A stretch of DNA of 64,000 bases from positions 134,724 through 198,723 of the IMG/VR virus record IMGVR_UViG_3300032234_000388. One strand, given 5' to 3'. A model generated the notes under the pieces. It was not told the DNA's origin. It saw only the letters and a program-made list of their open reading frames with translations, and did not search any database. Of the stretch, positions 47,769-57,893 are shown in pieces (position 1 is the stretch's first letter; each line of letters opens with the position of its first letter). The translations under genes and the position numbers were made by a program. Source of the stretch: a virus (Duplodnaviria > Caudoviricetes).

Positions 47769-48434
47769 ATGACGGAGTTAGAAGAAAATAAAATGCCAGA
47801 AAATCAACAAAACACAAAGCCAGAAACTCGCCCAAACGAAACGGGCGGATTTCATTTTGAAGGTCATATTAAGATTTTTGACCCCGAAACTAAAGAAGTT
47901 TACATCGATAAACGCAACGCCATTCACTATGAAAACATGAGTGTGGCTATGGTACAGAGTTTGAGTAATCAAGGATTAGGCACAGTCTATCAAATGGTAT
48001 TTGGCAGCGGCGGAACTATAGTTGACCCTACAGGTCTTATTACCTATCTTACTCCAAACACTATAGGTGTTAATTCAAGCCTATACAATCAAACTTATAC
48101 AAAAATAGTAGATCAAAATGCCACAGAAAACGTAGATCCTATACGTAATAAAATGGAAGTTCGACATATTAGTGGAGCGACCTACAGTGATATTTTAATC
48201 AGCTGTTTATTAGACTACGGTGAGCCACTGGAGCAAGAAGCATTTGACAACAGCGTTGACATGAACGGCAACTTTGTGTTTGATGAACTTGGATTAAAAA
48301 GCTATAATCCCAACGGTGACGGCAAGCTATTAACTCACGTGGTATTCCACCCAGTACAAAAATCATTAAACAGATTACTGCAGATTGATTACACAATCCG
48401 TGTACAGAGCTTAACTGGTTTCACGGAGGTTTAA
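47769..48434 (+). CDS. Baseplate/tail structural protein
   Basis: 221 aa; FDELGL..LLTHVVFHPVQKS motif; AATAAATA 4 nt before the ATG. Confidence 0.65.
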   Translation: MTELEENKMPENQQNTKPETRPNETGGFHFEGHIKIFDPETKEVYIDKRNAIHYENMSVAMVQSLSNQGLGTVYQMVFGSGGTIVDPTGLITYLTPNTIGVNSSLYNQTYTKIVDQNATENVDPIRNKMEVRHISGATYSDILISCLLDYGEPLEQEAFDNSVDMNGNFVFDELGLKSYNPNGDGKLLTHVVFHPVQKSLNRLLQIDYTIRVQSLTGFTEV

Positions 48435-48437
48435 TAG

Positions 48438-50549
48438 ATGCCATATATTGTTAATTTTACAGATAGAGAAAATAAAACACCAATCACGGTGTTTGACAAC
48501 ACCTCAAGCACAGACACTAGCCTAACATTTCCAGGACGAAATGTCACAGGATACGGACAAATTATTGCTGAAAATTTTCTAGCACTATTAGAAAATTTTG
48601 CTTCGGCTAACGAACCAGTTAATCCAGTAGAAGGTCAACTTTGGTACGACAGTACTGACGGCATTTTACAAATCTGGGACAATACCAGTTGGAAAGCTGC
48701 ATCAGGAATACAGAAAGGTCCATCGGAACCGGCCATACCAGATAGCAAAGTTGGCGAGTTATGGGTTGACACCACAAACCAACAGTTGCGTATCTATACT
48801 GGAACACGATGGTTGTTAGTTGGTCCTAGCGAAAGTTCAGTAGATGGGTTAAGATATGGCCCCGTAGTTGAAGGAATTGCAGACTCTGATAACGTTACTA
48901 GATATATCCTTACGTTTTATCTTAGAGATATTCCTGTAGTTATTATTAGTAAAGATAGTTTTACCCCTAAGGTTGTTATTTCCGGATTTGACGTTATTAG
49001 GTCTGGTATCAATATTGCTAGCCCTGCAACTACATCTGAAATTGAAACATTTATTGGTGGATTTCTTCCAAAGTTAAACGGCACAGCAAAAAATGCCGAT
49101 GCATTAAATATTGGCGGAATTGAAATTGCCGCTGGTAAATTTTTAAGAACCGACGTAGTTAATACCACAGACTTTGGTATAAACGTACGAAGCAATACCG
49201 GTATAGTACTTGGAGTTGACGGAACGTTTAATCTTTCAACCTCAGCAACAGCAGCAAAAATTTATAACAGTGCTTCTGGTAGTTCTATAGATCTTCAAAC
49301 AAATAGAAATGGAATACCAGCTACTATTCTTAGAGTTGTTGAAAACACTGTGGGTATTAATCAGGCCTTGCCTAGTGAAGCACTTGATGTAGACGGAAAC
49401 TTCACATTAACTGGCGCAATTATTGCAACAAACTCTACACCTAGTACAAACCTAAATAACGGTTCTATTAGAACAGCTGGCGGTGTAGCAATTACTAAAA
49501 ATTTAATAGTGGGTGATGGGGTTGATATCACTGGAGTATTACAGACTAATGTGGTACAACCTAAAACAACCGACCTTTACGATTTAGGTACTGGACTTAA
49601 ACGATGGAATAGAGTTATTGCTAAGACTATTGTTGCAGAAACTATTACAGGTGTTCTCGAAGGAAACATCAGCGGAAACTCTAATACAGCAACTAGTTTA
49701 AAGGACGTTACTACTTTTCAAATTACAGGAGATATAGTTTCGCCTCCAATACAGTTCGACGGACAGGTTGGCAGCTATACAAAAACATTTAATACAACAT
49801 TAACTTCGGATATTATTCAAAGTAAATCGGAACCGTTTCCTAGAATATCACGAAAAAATGATTTTGTATTAACATATAGAGCTAGTGCAGCATCTGCAGC
49901 AAGTTCTGGATTGTTTAAACAAACTCGAGACACGTTTGTGGGAGATTTAGGCATTCCTATTGGGGGTATAATTCCTTATGCCGGAGCTACTGCACCTTTT
50001 GGTTTTTTATTCTGCGACGGCTCTGAAGTAGAAAAATCAAAATTTTCTGATTTATTTGACGTAATAGGTAATACCTACAATGGAACAGCAGTCTTACAAG
50101 GTGTTAACACTTATAGACTGCCTGACCTTAGAGGCAGATTTGCTTTAGGCAAAGATAACATGGATAATGCAGGAACTATTCCGATATCGGTTGGAGGATT
50201 TATTGATGCAGGTGGAGGCACAGCTGGCCGAGTTCCGGATACCAAAGCTCAGATACTTGGACAATCAGCGGGATCGAGTTCTACAAATCTTACTTTATCT
50301 AACCTACCAGAACACAGTCATTCCTTACAATCAGCAAGACAAGAATATTCTGCAGTTGCAGTAACAACAACTATTGATCCTGATGCTACTACTGGGCTAG
50401 GCCCAACTGCTCCAGGACAGGCACAGTATCTAAAAGATTCTGGAGGTGTTAAAAAACCAGCAGGAACTACTCTAGGTACACCTATAGGATTAATGAACCC
50501 TTATCTAACAATCAATTATATTATTAGATCTGGACCACCAGCATTTTAA
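48438..50549 (+). CDS. Tail fibre with collar domain
   Basis: Shared fibre N-terminal domain; PIGGIIPYAGATAPFGFLFCDG...LPDLRGRF collar; NPYLTINYII C-terminus. Confidence 0.8.
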   Translation: MPYIVNFTDRENKTPITVFDNTSSTDTSLTFPGRNVTGYGQIIAENFLALLENFASANEPVNPVEGQLWYDSTDGILQIWDNTSWKAASGIQKGPSEPAIPDSKVGELWVDTTNQQLRIYTGTRWLLVGPSESSVDGLRYGPVVEGIADSDNVTRYILTFYLRDIPVVIISKDSFTPKVVISGFDVIRSGINIASPATTSEIETFIGGFLPKLNGTAKNADALNIGGIEIAAGKFLRTDVVNTTDFGINVRSNTGIVLGVDGTFNLSTSATAAKIYNSASGSSIDLQTNRNGIPATILRVVENTVGINQALPSEALDVDGNFTLTGAIIATNSTPSTNLNNGSIRTAGGVAITKNLIVGDGVDITGVLQTNVVQPKTTDLYDLGTGLKRWNRVIAKTIVAETITGVLEGNISGNSNTATSLKDVTTFQITGDIVSPPIQFDGQVGSYTKTFNTTLTSDIIQSKSEPFPRISRKNDFVLTYRASAASAASSGLFKQTRDTFVGDLGIPIGGIIPYAGATAPFGFLFCDGSEVEKSKFSDLFDVIGNTYNGTAVLQGVNTYRLPDLRGRFALGKDNMDNAGTIPISVGGFIDAGGGTAGRVPDTKAQILGQSAGSSSTNLTLSNLPEHSHSLQSARQEYSAVAVTTTIDPDATTGLGPTAPGQAQYLKDSGGVKKPAGTTLGTPIGLMNPYLTINYIIRSGPPAF

Positions 50550-50562
50550 TTAGAGATAAACA

Positions 50563-52437
50563 ATGGCATATCAGATTAACAAAACAGACGGTACAATAAT
50601 TTCAACGGTAGCAGACGGCCAAGTTGACACCTTATCCACTGATCTTACTTTGATCGGTAAAAATTATAGCGGGTTTGGCGAATCACTGAACGAAAATTTT
50701 ATTAAGCTGTTAGAAAATTTTTCAAGCACACTGGCACCAACCTATCCTCTTAGAGGTCAAATATGGTTTGACACCGCAGAGAATAAATTAAAAGTTTATA
50801 ACGGATCAGATTTTATCCCAGTCAGTTCTGCTACAATATCTAGTACACAGCCAGAAACTTTATCTATTGGTGACTTATGGTGGGACGATGTTGGAGCACA
50901 ATTATATTTCTTTGACGGAACAGATCCAGTATTACTGGCTCCTGCATATTCACAGACTCAAGGACTTAGTGGTTTAAAAGTTGCTAGTATTCTTGATAAT
51001 CTAAATCAAACACGAGTAATAACATATCTTTATAATAATGGAATACTGCTAGGGATATTTGCCAAAGATAGTTTTACACCTAAAATAGAAATAATTGGAT
51101 TCACCGGAAATATTCAGCCTGGATTTAACGCTGGTAATTTAGCTGGCATAAAATTTAATGTAACTTGTACAAATTCCGAACAGCTAGGCGGCGCATCAGC
51201 TACTACCTATGTAAGAACCGATACCTCTAATATTATTAACGGTCAAATACGTATCAGTACAGATCTAGGGTTAGTTGTTGGATCTGCTGGACAAATGAAT
51301 CTATATGTGACTACTGGCGATATTTTTATTTCAAATGCAGCCACAGACAAAAATTTAATTCTTAACGTTAGAAAAGGTATTAATCAAGAAGATGCAATAG
51401 TTGTTGACTCTGCTTCTAGAGAAATTAGACTATATCCAGGATTTACAAACAGCCGAGTCGCAGTTGGCGGAAATCTAGTAGTCACTGGAGATCTTACTGT
51501 AGAAGGCACTACCACAACTATCAACACAACTAACTTAACTGTAGAAGATAAAAACATAGTAATTGCTAACGTAGCCAGTCCTACCAATAGTTCTGCTGAC
51601 GGTGCAGGAATAACTATCAAGGGAACTACAGACAAGACTATTGTTTATTCAAATGCTAATAATTGGTTAGACATCTCAGAAGATATCAATCTTGCACAAG
51701 AAAAATCATTTTTAATTGGTAATTCTCCAGTGATCCAACCTATATTGCCTTTTACTGGGGAATATAGATTAGGCAATGCAATCACAGCGATTCCCGGTGT
51801 TGTGACTTTTGGAGCACAAAAAGCCCTAGACATCGGTCCTAGTGGAGCGCCACCCGATCCTGTAGAACCAAACGTAGAAATGCGATTAGAGGATAATCGT
51901 ATTTCAACAGTCAAAGATAATTTAAATTTAGAATTAGCTCCGGACGGTACGGGAAATGTAGCATTAATAGGTAGTCCTAAGATTACGGGCATGGCTGATC
52001 CAACTGATCTTCAAGATGCTGCTACCAAGGAATATGTTGATAGAACTATTGAATCGAGATCTATAGGATTTAGTATGGATCTAACAGATGGAAAACCTAA
52101 TTCTTACATCATAACTAATGTTTTAAATATTCTTCATCCTCCTTCTGAATACAGAATTGGCACAGTGGCAAGAATTTTATGTACATTAGTCAGTGCATCA
52201 TCTACTAGTTTAGATATCAATGCATTGCCTCCGGATGTATCAACCGCAGCATTTATTACAGATCATTTGACTGGTGCTTCGTCAAATGCTCTAACAAATA
52301 TTAGTTTCCCCCCAGCAAATATTGCTGCAGCATCTATATCAACATCAAGAATTATCAAATTGTTTACTTTAAGTGCAGGTATAACACCTGGAGAAGGTGT
52401 ATGGGTACACACATCAGATACACTGTTACCAGCATAA
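50563..52437 (+). CDS. Tail fibre paralogue
   Basis: Shared N-terminal GKNYSGFGE..NENFIKLLENF; DAATKEYVD motif. Confidence 0.75.
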   Translation: MAYQINKTDGTIISTVADGQVDTLSTDLTLIGKNYSGFGESLNENFIKLLENFSSTLAPTYPLRGQIWFDTAENKLKVYNGSDFIPVSSATISSTQPETLSIGDLWWDDVGAQLYFFDGTDPVLLAPAYSQTQGLSGLKVASILDNLNQTRVITYLYNNGILLGIFAKDSFTPKIEIIGFTGNIQPGFNAGNLAGIKFNVTCTNSEQLGGASATTYVRTDTSNIINGQIRISTDLGLVVGSAGQMNLYVTTGDIFISNAATDKNLILNVRKGINQEDAIVVDSASREIRLYPGFTNSRVAVGGNLVVTGDLTVEGTTTTINTTNLTVEDKNIVIANVASPTNSSADGAGITIKGTTDKTIVYSNANNWLDISEDINLAQEKSFLIGNSPVIQPILPFTGEYRLGNAITAIPGVVTFGAQKALDIGPSGAPPDPVEPNVEMRLEDNRISTVKDNLNLELAPDGTGNVALIGSPKITGMADPTDLQDAATKEYVDRTIESRSIGFSMDLTDGKPNSYIITNVLNILHPPSEYRIGTVARILCTLVSASSTSLDINALPPDVSTAAFITDHLTGASSNALTNISFPPANIAAASISTSRIIKLFTLSAGITPGEGVWVHTSDTLLPA

Positions 52438-52457
52438 TAAAATCAGGAGCGGCATAA

Positions 52458-54740
52458 ATGGCCTATATAATTAATAAATTTAACGGAGAGCAGTTAATAG
52501 TTTTAGAAGATGGAACTATAGATACCTCCACCAGCATAGGCCTTGTAGGTAGAAATTATGTTGGCTACGGTGAAACACAAAATGAAAACTTTGTTTACCT
52601 GTTAGAAAATTTTGCTAATAATGATCCACCACAGCGACCACTTACTGGTCAAATTTGGTTTGATACAGATACAAGATTGGCCAATATTTATGATGGTGCC
52701 AACTGGAATCCTATAGGTGTAAAAATAAGCGAAACAGCACCTCTTGATCCTAATGCTGGCTCTTTGTGGTTGGACTCTAACTCAGACCAGTTAAAAATTT
52801 ACAACGGTACAGAGTGGGGATTAGTCGGCCCTGAAGCTGCAGCAGGATTTGGAGTTACTCGAGCTCGTTCTAAAGTAGTATTTGATTTAGCCGGTGCTCC
52901 ACACGCTGTTATATTGTTTGAAATAGACGATGTTGTAATTGCTATTACAACCGGAGAAGCATTTACTTTAAGAAACAATGAGATTATTCCAGGATTTGCT
53001 GCCACGTTAATTAGAGGTATAAATTTAGCTATAGGAACTGCAATCGAAGGAAACCTAATAGGTAATGCCAGCAGTGCAGACAGATTGTCTAGTGCAAGAT
53101 TAATCAATGGTGTACCTTTTAATGGATTGTCAGACATAACAGTTACCGCATCAACTACAAATAGATTAATCAAAGGTACCTATATTTTAGGTTCTGATTT
53201 TGATGGAAGCTCGTCAACAACCTGGTCAGTAGATGCAACCTCTGCTAATCAAATAGGAAAAGTAGTAGCAAGAAATAGTACTGGGGGATTTGCTGCCGGC
53301 ACAATCACCGCTGATCTTGTAGGCAATGTTACAGGCAATGTTACAGCTACCTCAGGTACCAGTAGGTTTGATACGGTAGAAGCTACTGTATTTGTTGGGG
53401 CTACACTAACTGGCAATGCCAACTCCGCAACTCAACTGGCAACTCCAAGACAGATTAACGGAGTAATTTTTGACGGAACAGCCAACATTACAGTACCTGC
53501 CGCCGCAGCGACTCTTACAGGAAATACATTAAACTCTACAGTTACACAATCGAGTTTAGTATCGCTAGGCACATTAAACTCATTAGCGGTAGCCGACGCC
53601 GGTATATCTATAGGATCTGCAGGAACTCTAAAATTTTTAGTAGAGTCGGCTAGACCTACTCTAAGATCCACTTCCGGAACTTTAAATTTTGATATGGGAA
53701 TATCGGGGCCTGACGTGTCGTTTGTTGATTCGACTACTTCTTTATCTCTAGGAGGACCAAGTGCTCCTGCAATTATAGGCGACAATACAACCAATCTCGG
53801 TATACCTGGATACAAGTTTAACAACATTTATGCAAACAATTTGTTTGGAAACGCCGACACAGCTACTTTAGCTACAACAGCAATTAATCTAGCTGGCGGC
53901 GGCCTAGGTGCCATACCTTATCAAACTGCAGCCGGCACAACAGCCATGTTGGGACTTGGAGCAGCAGGTACTGTACTTACTGCACAGGCCGGAGGCCTAA
54001 GTTGGGTACCGTCAAGTAGAGAACCCTTAACTAAGGGATCGTTTTTAACATTAGTTAATACTACAACCGAAGGAGCTCTTGATAGTTATGATGGAGTAAT
54101 TGGCGCAACTATTGCGGTAGATGCAACATCGACCAATACAGCCAGTAAAGTTGTAGCACGTGATACTAGCGGAAATTTTGCCGCAGGCACAATTACAGCT
54201 AATTTAATAGGTAATGTTACAGGTACAGTTTCTGGCAATGCCGGCACAGCAAGTAGGTTGCAAACAGCTAGAACTATTAATGGTGTATCGTTTAATGGCA
54301 CTGCAGATATAACAATTACAGCCACAGATCCAAATAAAGTAGCAAAAGCTGGCGACTCGATGTCGGGGTTCTTAACTTTAAACGGCAATCCGATATCGCC
54401 GCTACACGCTACTCCAAAACAATATGTTGATAGTAGATTACCACAATTTCAAATTATTTCGGGAGCTTCTGCCAGTACTGCTGGCTTTACTAACCAAGTG
54501 GGTTCCTGGAATTTTGGTGCAAACTTTTTTGATGTATTTCCGCCCGTTGGCAAAACGATGGGGAATCTAATAGCATTTATTCCGTCAATTAATCAGATAC
54601 ATTATGCTGGAGGAGTAGACGGAAACGATTCACTAGTTTGTACATATTCGTATCTAGCTGACAGAATTAGAGTTTATGTGCAAAATACAGAACAACGTTC
54701 AACACCAGCAGCAAATTATCTTGTAGTCTGGGGAGGCTAA
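52458..54740 (+). CDS. Tail fibre paralogue with internal repeats and a distinct tip domain
   Basis: Three GNA..A..L...R.INGV.F.G...IT repeats and two VDATS.N...KVVAR repeats. Confidence 0.78.
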   Translation: MAYIINKFNGEQLIVLEDGTIDTSTSIGLVGRNYVGYGETQNENFVYLLENFANNDPPQRPLTGQIWFDTDTRLANIYDGANWNPIGVKISETAPLDPNAGSLWLDSNSDQLKIYNGTEWGLVGPEAAAGFGVTRARSKVVFDLAGAPHAVILFEIDDVVIAITTGEAFTLRNNEIIPGFAATLIRGINLAIGTAIEGNLIGNASSADRLSSARLINGVPFNGLSDITVTASTTNRLIKGTYILGSDFDGSSSTTWSVDATSANQIGKVVARNSTGGFAAGTITADLVGNVTGNVTATSGTSRFDTVEATVFVGATLTGNANSATQLATPRQINGVIFDGTANITVPAAAATLTGNTLNSTVTQSSLVSLGTLNSLAVADAGISIGSAGTLKFLVESARPTLRSTSGTLNFDMGISGPDVSFVDSTTSLSLGGPSAPAIIGDNTTNLGIPGYKFNNIYANNLFGNADTATLATTAINLAGGGLGAIPYQTAAGTTAMLGLGAAGTVLTAQAGGLSWVPSSREPLTKGSFLTLVNTTTEGALDSYDGVIGATIAVDATSTNTASKVVARDTSGNFAAGTITANLIGNVTGTVSGNAGTASRLQTARTINGVSFNGTADITITATDPNKVAKAGDSMSGFLTLNGNPISPLHATPKQYVDSRLPQFQIISGASASTAGFTNQVGSWNFGANFFDVFPPVGKTMGNLIAFIPSINQIHYAGGVDGNDSLVCTYSYLADRIRVYVQNTEQRSTPAANYLVVWGG

Positions 54741-54743
54741 AAA

Positions 54744-55100
54744 ATGTATTATGTTTGTATAGAAAATAATCAGGTTACAGGTATACAAAGTTATGAACCT
54801 GCAGTACCTTCAACAGTATTAGTAACGACTATTACAGATTCACAGCATCAACAGATACTAGATCAAACTCATAGATTTGATGTTGCATCTAGAACTGTAG
54901 TAGCAGTTGATTCTGCTGTTTTAGCAGAAAAAGAACAATATCGATTAAACGGAATTGAAAGAGAATTTTTAAACAGTACAGATTGGAAAATTCTAAGGCA
55001 TATGCGTCAAAAAGCACTGAATGTACCAACAAGTTTAACAGACGCACAGTATCTAGAATTAGAACAGCAGAGGCAGGCAGCCGCTGCTCGTATAGTATAA
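54744..55100 (+). CDS. Putative tail fibre assembly chaperone
   Basis: 118 aa directly after a fibre gene; REFLNSTDWKILR..RQAA pattern. Confidence 0.6.
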   Translation: MYYVCIENNQVTGIQSYEPAVPSTVLVTTITDSQHQQILDQTHRFDVASRTVVAVDSAVLAEKEQYRLNGIEREFLNSTDWKILRHMRQKALNVPTSLTDAQYLELEQQRQAAAARIV

Positions 55101-55103
55101 GCG

Positions 55104-55111
55104 AATAAATA
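55104..55111 (+). promoter_or_regulatory. T4-type late promoter (AATAAATA)
   Basis: Upstream of 55136. Confidence 0.6.
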
Positions 55112-55135
55112 TAAGCAATGGGTGGAGCATAAAAC

Positions 55136-56938
55136 ATGGCATATCAAGTAGATAAATTTAACGGGCAATTTTTTGTATCAGTAGAAGACGGTACTATTGA
55201 TACTTCTTCAGACTTACGGTTTGTAGGTAAAAACTATGCCGGGTACGGAGAAGTACAAAACGAAAATTTCCTGCATCTAATGGAAAATTTCGCCAATACT
55301 ACAGCACCACCTAAACAGGTTACAGGACAAATTTGGTTTGATTCTGCTAACAAAAAATTAAAATTTTACGACGGCGTAAAATGGAAATTAGCAGGCGGAG
55401 CCGAGGTTAGTCCAACTGCACCTAGCGGGTTGACCACAGGAGACTTTTGGTGGGACAACAGTGCCAAGCAGTTATATGCTTACACGGGAACTGAGTTTAC
55501 ATTAGTTGGTCCAGAGTCTAGTCCTGAACTTGGAGCATCTACAATTGTAGCTGCCGTGGTTAAAGGTACAGCATTAACATCAATAGGCCCACATACTATC
55601 CTACAGGTTTTTGCCGACGACAAAATAATTGGTATTTACAGTAAGACAGCATTTACCCTTGATAACAGTCAAAATCCAATTGAAGATTTTTCAGTAATTA
55701 AGAAAGGATTTACTCTTGCTAAAAGTCAAACCGGTATTTCTACCGATGACTATGTGATGTGGGGTACTGCAAGTAATGCTGCTAAATTGGGCGGATTTAA
55801 TGCTGACGAATATATTAGAACAGGCGACAGTGCGTTTCCTGGAGAGGTTGGTTTTAGTGATGCAGGATTTACCGTTGGTGATGGCAACGACTTACGAGTA
55901 CGTGTTGAAAATGGTGACGAAGTTATTATTGAGAATCGCTTAGGAAATTCTATAACATTTAAAATAACAGTCACTGAATCAACCGATGAACGCGAAGTGT
56001 TAGTTGTTCAATCAACGGGTGCAGTTCCAGGAAATGATAGTGTATATTCTTTAGGTACTCCGTTGTTAAGATGGAGTAATGTGTTTGCCTCAACAATTAC
56101 AGGTAATGTTGTTGGAAATCTTACAGGAAACACAACGGGTGTTCATGTAGGTAATGTTTTAGCATCGGATAATCAAATTATAATTAATGGTACTACTAAA
56201 CAAATTGGTTATCCAGGAGCAAATCTTGTTGGCACATTAGTTGGATCTGTTACTGGCTCTGCAGCATCTGCTACTAATTCAAGTAAATTAAACGATCTAA
56301 ATCCTTCAGTATCTGTTGTCGGCGACGGAATAGCAACTATTCCTGTAAGAGATACTGCAGGTAATATCTATGCTAATCAGTTTATAGGAACTGTAGAAAA
56401 AACAGACAAAACATTTATCGACGCAGCAAACACAGTGGTTGATCCAACATGGTCTGGTTCTACAGTTAGCACACAGTACAGAACTGCAAAATTACTAGCA
56501 ACACCATACAGTATTGCTGCTCGAGATGCAAGTGCTAACATTACAGCAAACATATTCAATGGTACAGCAACCGCAGCTCGGTATGCCGATCTAGCAGAAA
56601 AATATCTTGCAGATCAAGAATACGAAACTGGCACAGTTGTAGTTATAGGTGGCGATGCAGAAGTTACTGCCTGCACAATTGGTAAACGTGCAATCGGAGT
56701 AGTTTCAGCTAATCCAGCATATATGATGAACAGTGAGTTAGAAGGCGGAACTTATATTGCACTAAAAGGTCGTGTACCAGTTAAAGTTACAGGAACAGTA
56801 AATAAAGGCGATATGTTAATTGCTGGAGATAACGGTACTGCAATTGCATGTTTATCTGATTCAAATGCTGTATTTGCAGTAGCCTTAGAGTCGAATAATG
56901 ATACAGGTGTTAAAGTTATAGAAGCATTGGTGTTGTAA
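55136..56938 (+). CDS. Tail fibre paralogue with C-terminal peptidase G2/intramolecular chaperone-like domain
   Basis: YADLAEKY...GTVV...IGVVSANPAYMMN...IALKGRVPVKV motif. Confidence 0.75.
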   Translation: MAYQVDKFNGQFFVSVEDGTIDTSSDLRFVGKNYAGYGEVQNENFLHLMENFANTTAPPKQVTGQIWFDSANKKLKFYDGVKWKLAGGAEVSPTAPSGLTTGDFWWDNSAKQLYAYTGTEFTLVGPESSPELGASTIVAAVVKGTALTSIGPHTILQVFADDKIIGIYSKTAFTLDNSQNPIEDFSVIKKGFTLAKSQTGISTDDYVMWGTASNAAKLGGFNADEYIRTGDSAFPGEVGFSDAGFTVGDGNDLRVRVENGDEVIIENRLGNSITFKITVTESTDEREVLVVQSTGAVPGNDSVYSLGTPLLRWSNVFASTITGNVVGNLTGNTTGVHVGNVLASDNQIIINGTTKQIGYPGANLVGTLVGSVTGSAASATNSSKLNDLNPSVSVVGDGIATIPVRDTAGNIYANQFIGTVEKTDKTFIDAANTVVDPTWSGSTVSTQYRTAKLLATPYSIAARDASANITANIFNGTATAARYADLAEKYLADQEYETGTVVVIGGDAEVTACTIGKRAIGVVSANPAYMMNSELEGGTYIALKGRVPVKVTGTVNKGDMLIAGDNGTAIACLSDSNAVFAVALESNNDTGVKVIEALVL

Positions 56939-56939
56939 T

Positions 56940-57860
56940 ATGACCACAGGATCAAATATAACAGCCGCAGGGTTCGTTACAATACAAAATAAAGCTGAGT
57001 CTTTATTAGGACCAGGAGCCGGTACTAGAGGATACAACCAAAGTGTGGTATCGTCAGATGTGTTTACCGGTAATCAGATTACTCGAGCACAATGGGATTT
57101 ACTAAAGACTGATATTATTAATATTCTCTATCACCAAACTGGAGAATTGCCAAATATTGCAACAGTCAATGTTGGAGACGTAATTGAGTTTGGAGCAGGC
57201 CAACCAAACTCTAACTATAACACATTATTAGACACAGCTACTAATAATAGATTTCAAGTGGCGGCCAGCCAGTCTGTAGTCGCATCAAAAGGATCTGCTA
57301 GCTATACAGGAGTTTGGAACTCGTCAGCACAGTTTACACTAACTGTGACTTTTAGTACCGCAGACCAAGGTAGATATTTTTTTAATAGCGGCGGTAAAAT
57401 TAGATTTATAACCGCAGTTAGCGGCGGAAGCGGCACAGCACAATATAACGCTTGGTTTAACTTTTTAAACTCAGTGGGTGTTCGATCGTTTGGTGCAGAT
57501 ACCGATCCTCTTGTAAATTATTATACGTTAACTGACTCGTTTCAAACATTCTATCAAAGCTCTTTATCTACGCCTTATTCTGCAAACAACTATAGATTAG
57601 AAGCACGTTGCAATGTTGCAAATAATTCTGCAGGCACAGCAACAGTATTGACACTAAGAGTAACACTTATAGACGGGTACACCGATCCAGGAAACAGTCT
57701 TAGAGCCCCATACGATGTGCCAGATACTATAGATAGGGTAGACGGTACAATAACCATATCGGTAGAAGAATTAAAAGCAGCAGGAATACTTTTTCCTTCC
57801 GGAACATTTTCTATAAATGGGCCTTCTTCATACTCACTTTCTGTTATTACAGCCAGCTAA
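56940..57860 (+). CDS. Virion structural protein, paralogue A
   Basis: 306 aa; RYFFNSGGKIR motif shared with the next gene. Confidence 0.65.
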   Translation: MTTGSNITAAGFVTIQNKAESLLGPGAGTRGYNQSVVSSDVFTGNQITRAQWDLLKTDIINILYHQTGELPNIATVNVGDVIEFGAGQPNSNYNTLLDTATNNRFQVAASQSVVASKGSASYTGVWNSSAQFTLTVTFSTADQGRYFFNSGGKIRFITAVSGGSGTAQYNAWFNFLNSVGVRSFGADTDPLVNYYTLTDSFQTFYQSSLSTPYSANNYRLEARCNVANNSAGTATVLTLRVTLIDGYTDPGNSLRAPYDVPDTIDRVDGTITISVEELKAAGILFPSGTFSINGPSSYSLSVITAS

Positions 57861-57893
57861 CAATTTAAATATACACACTAACATAAGATAAAA

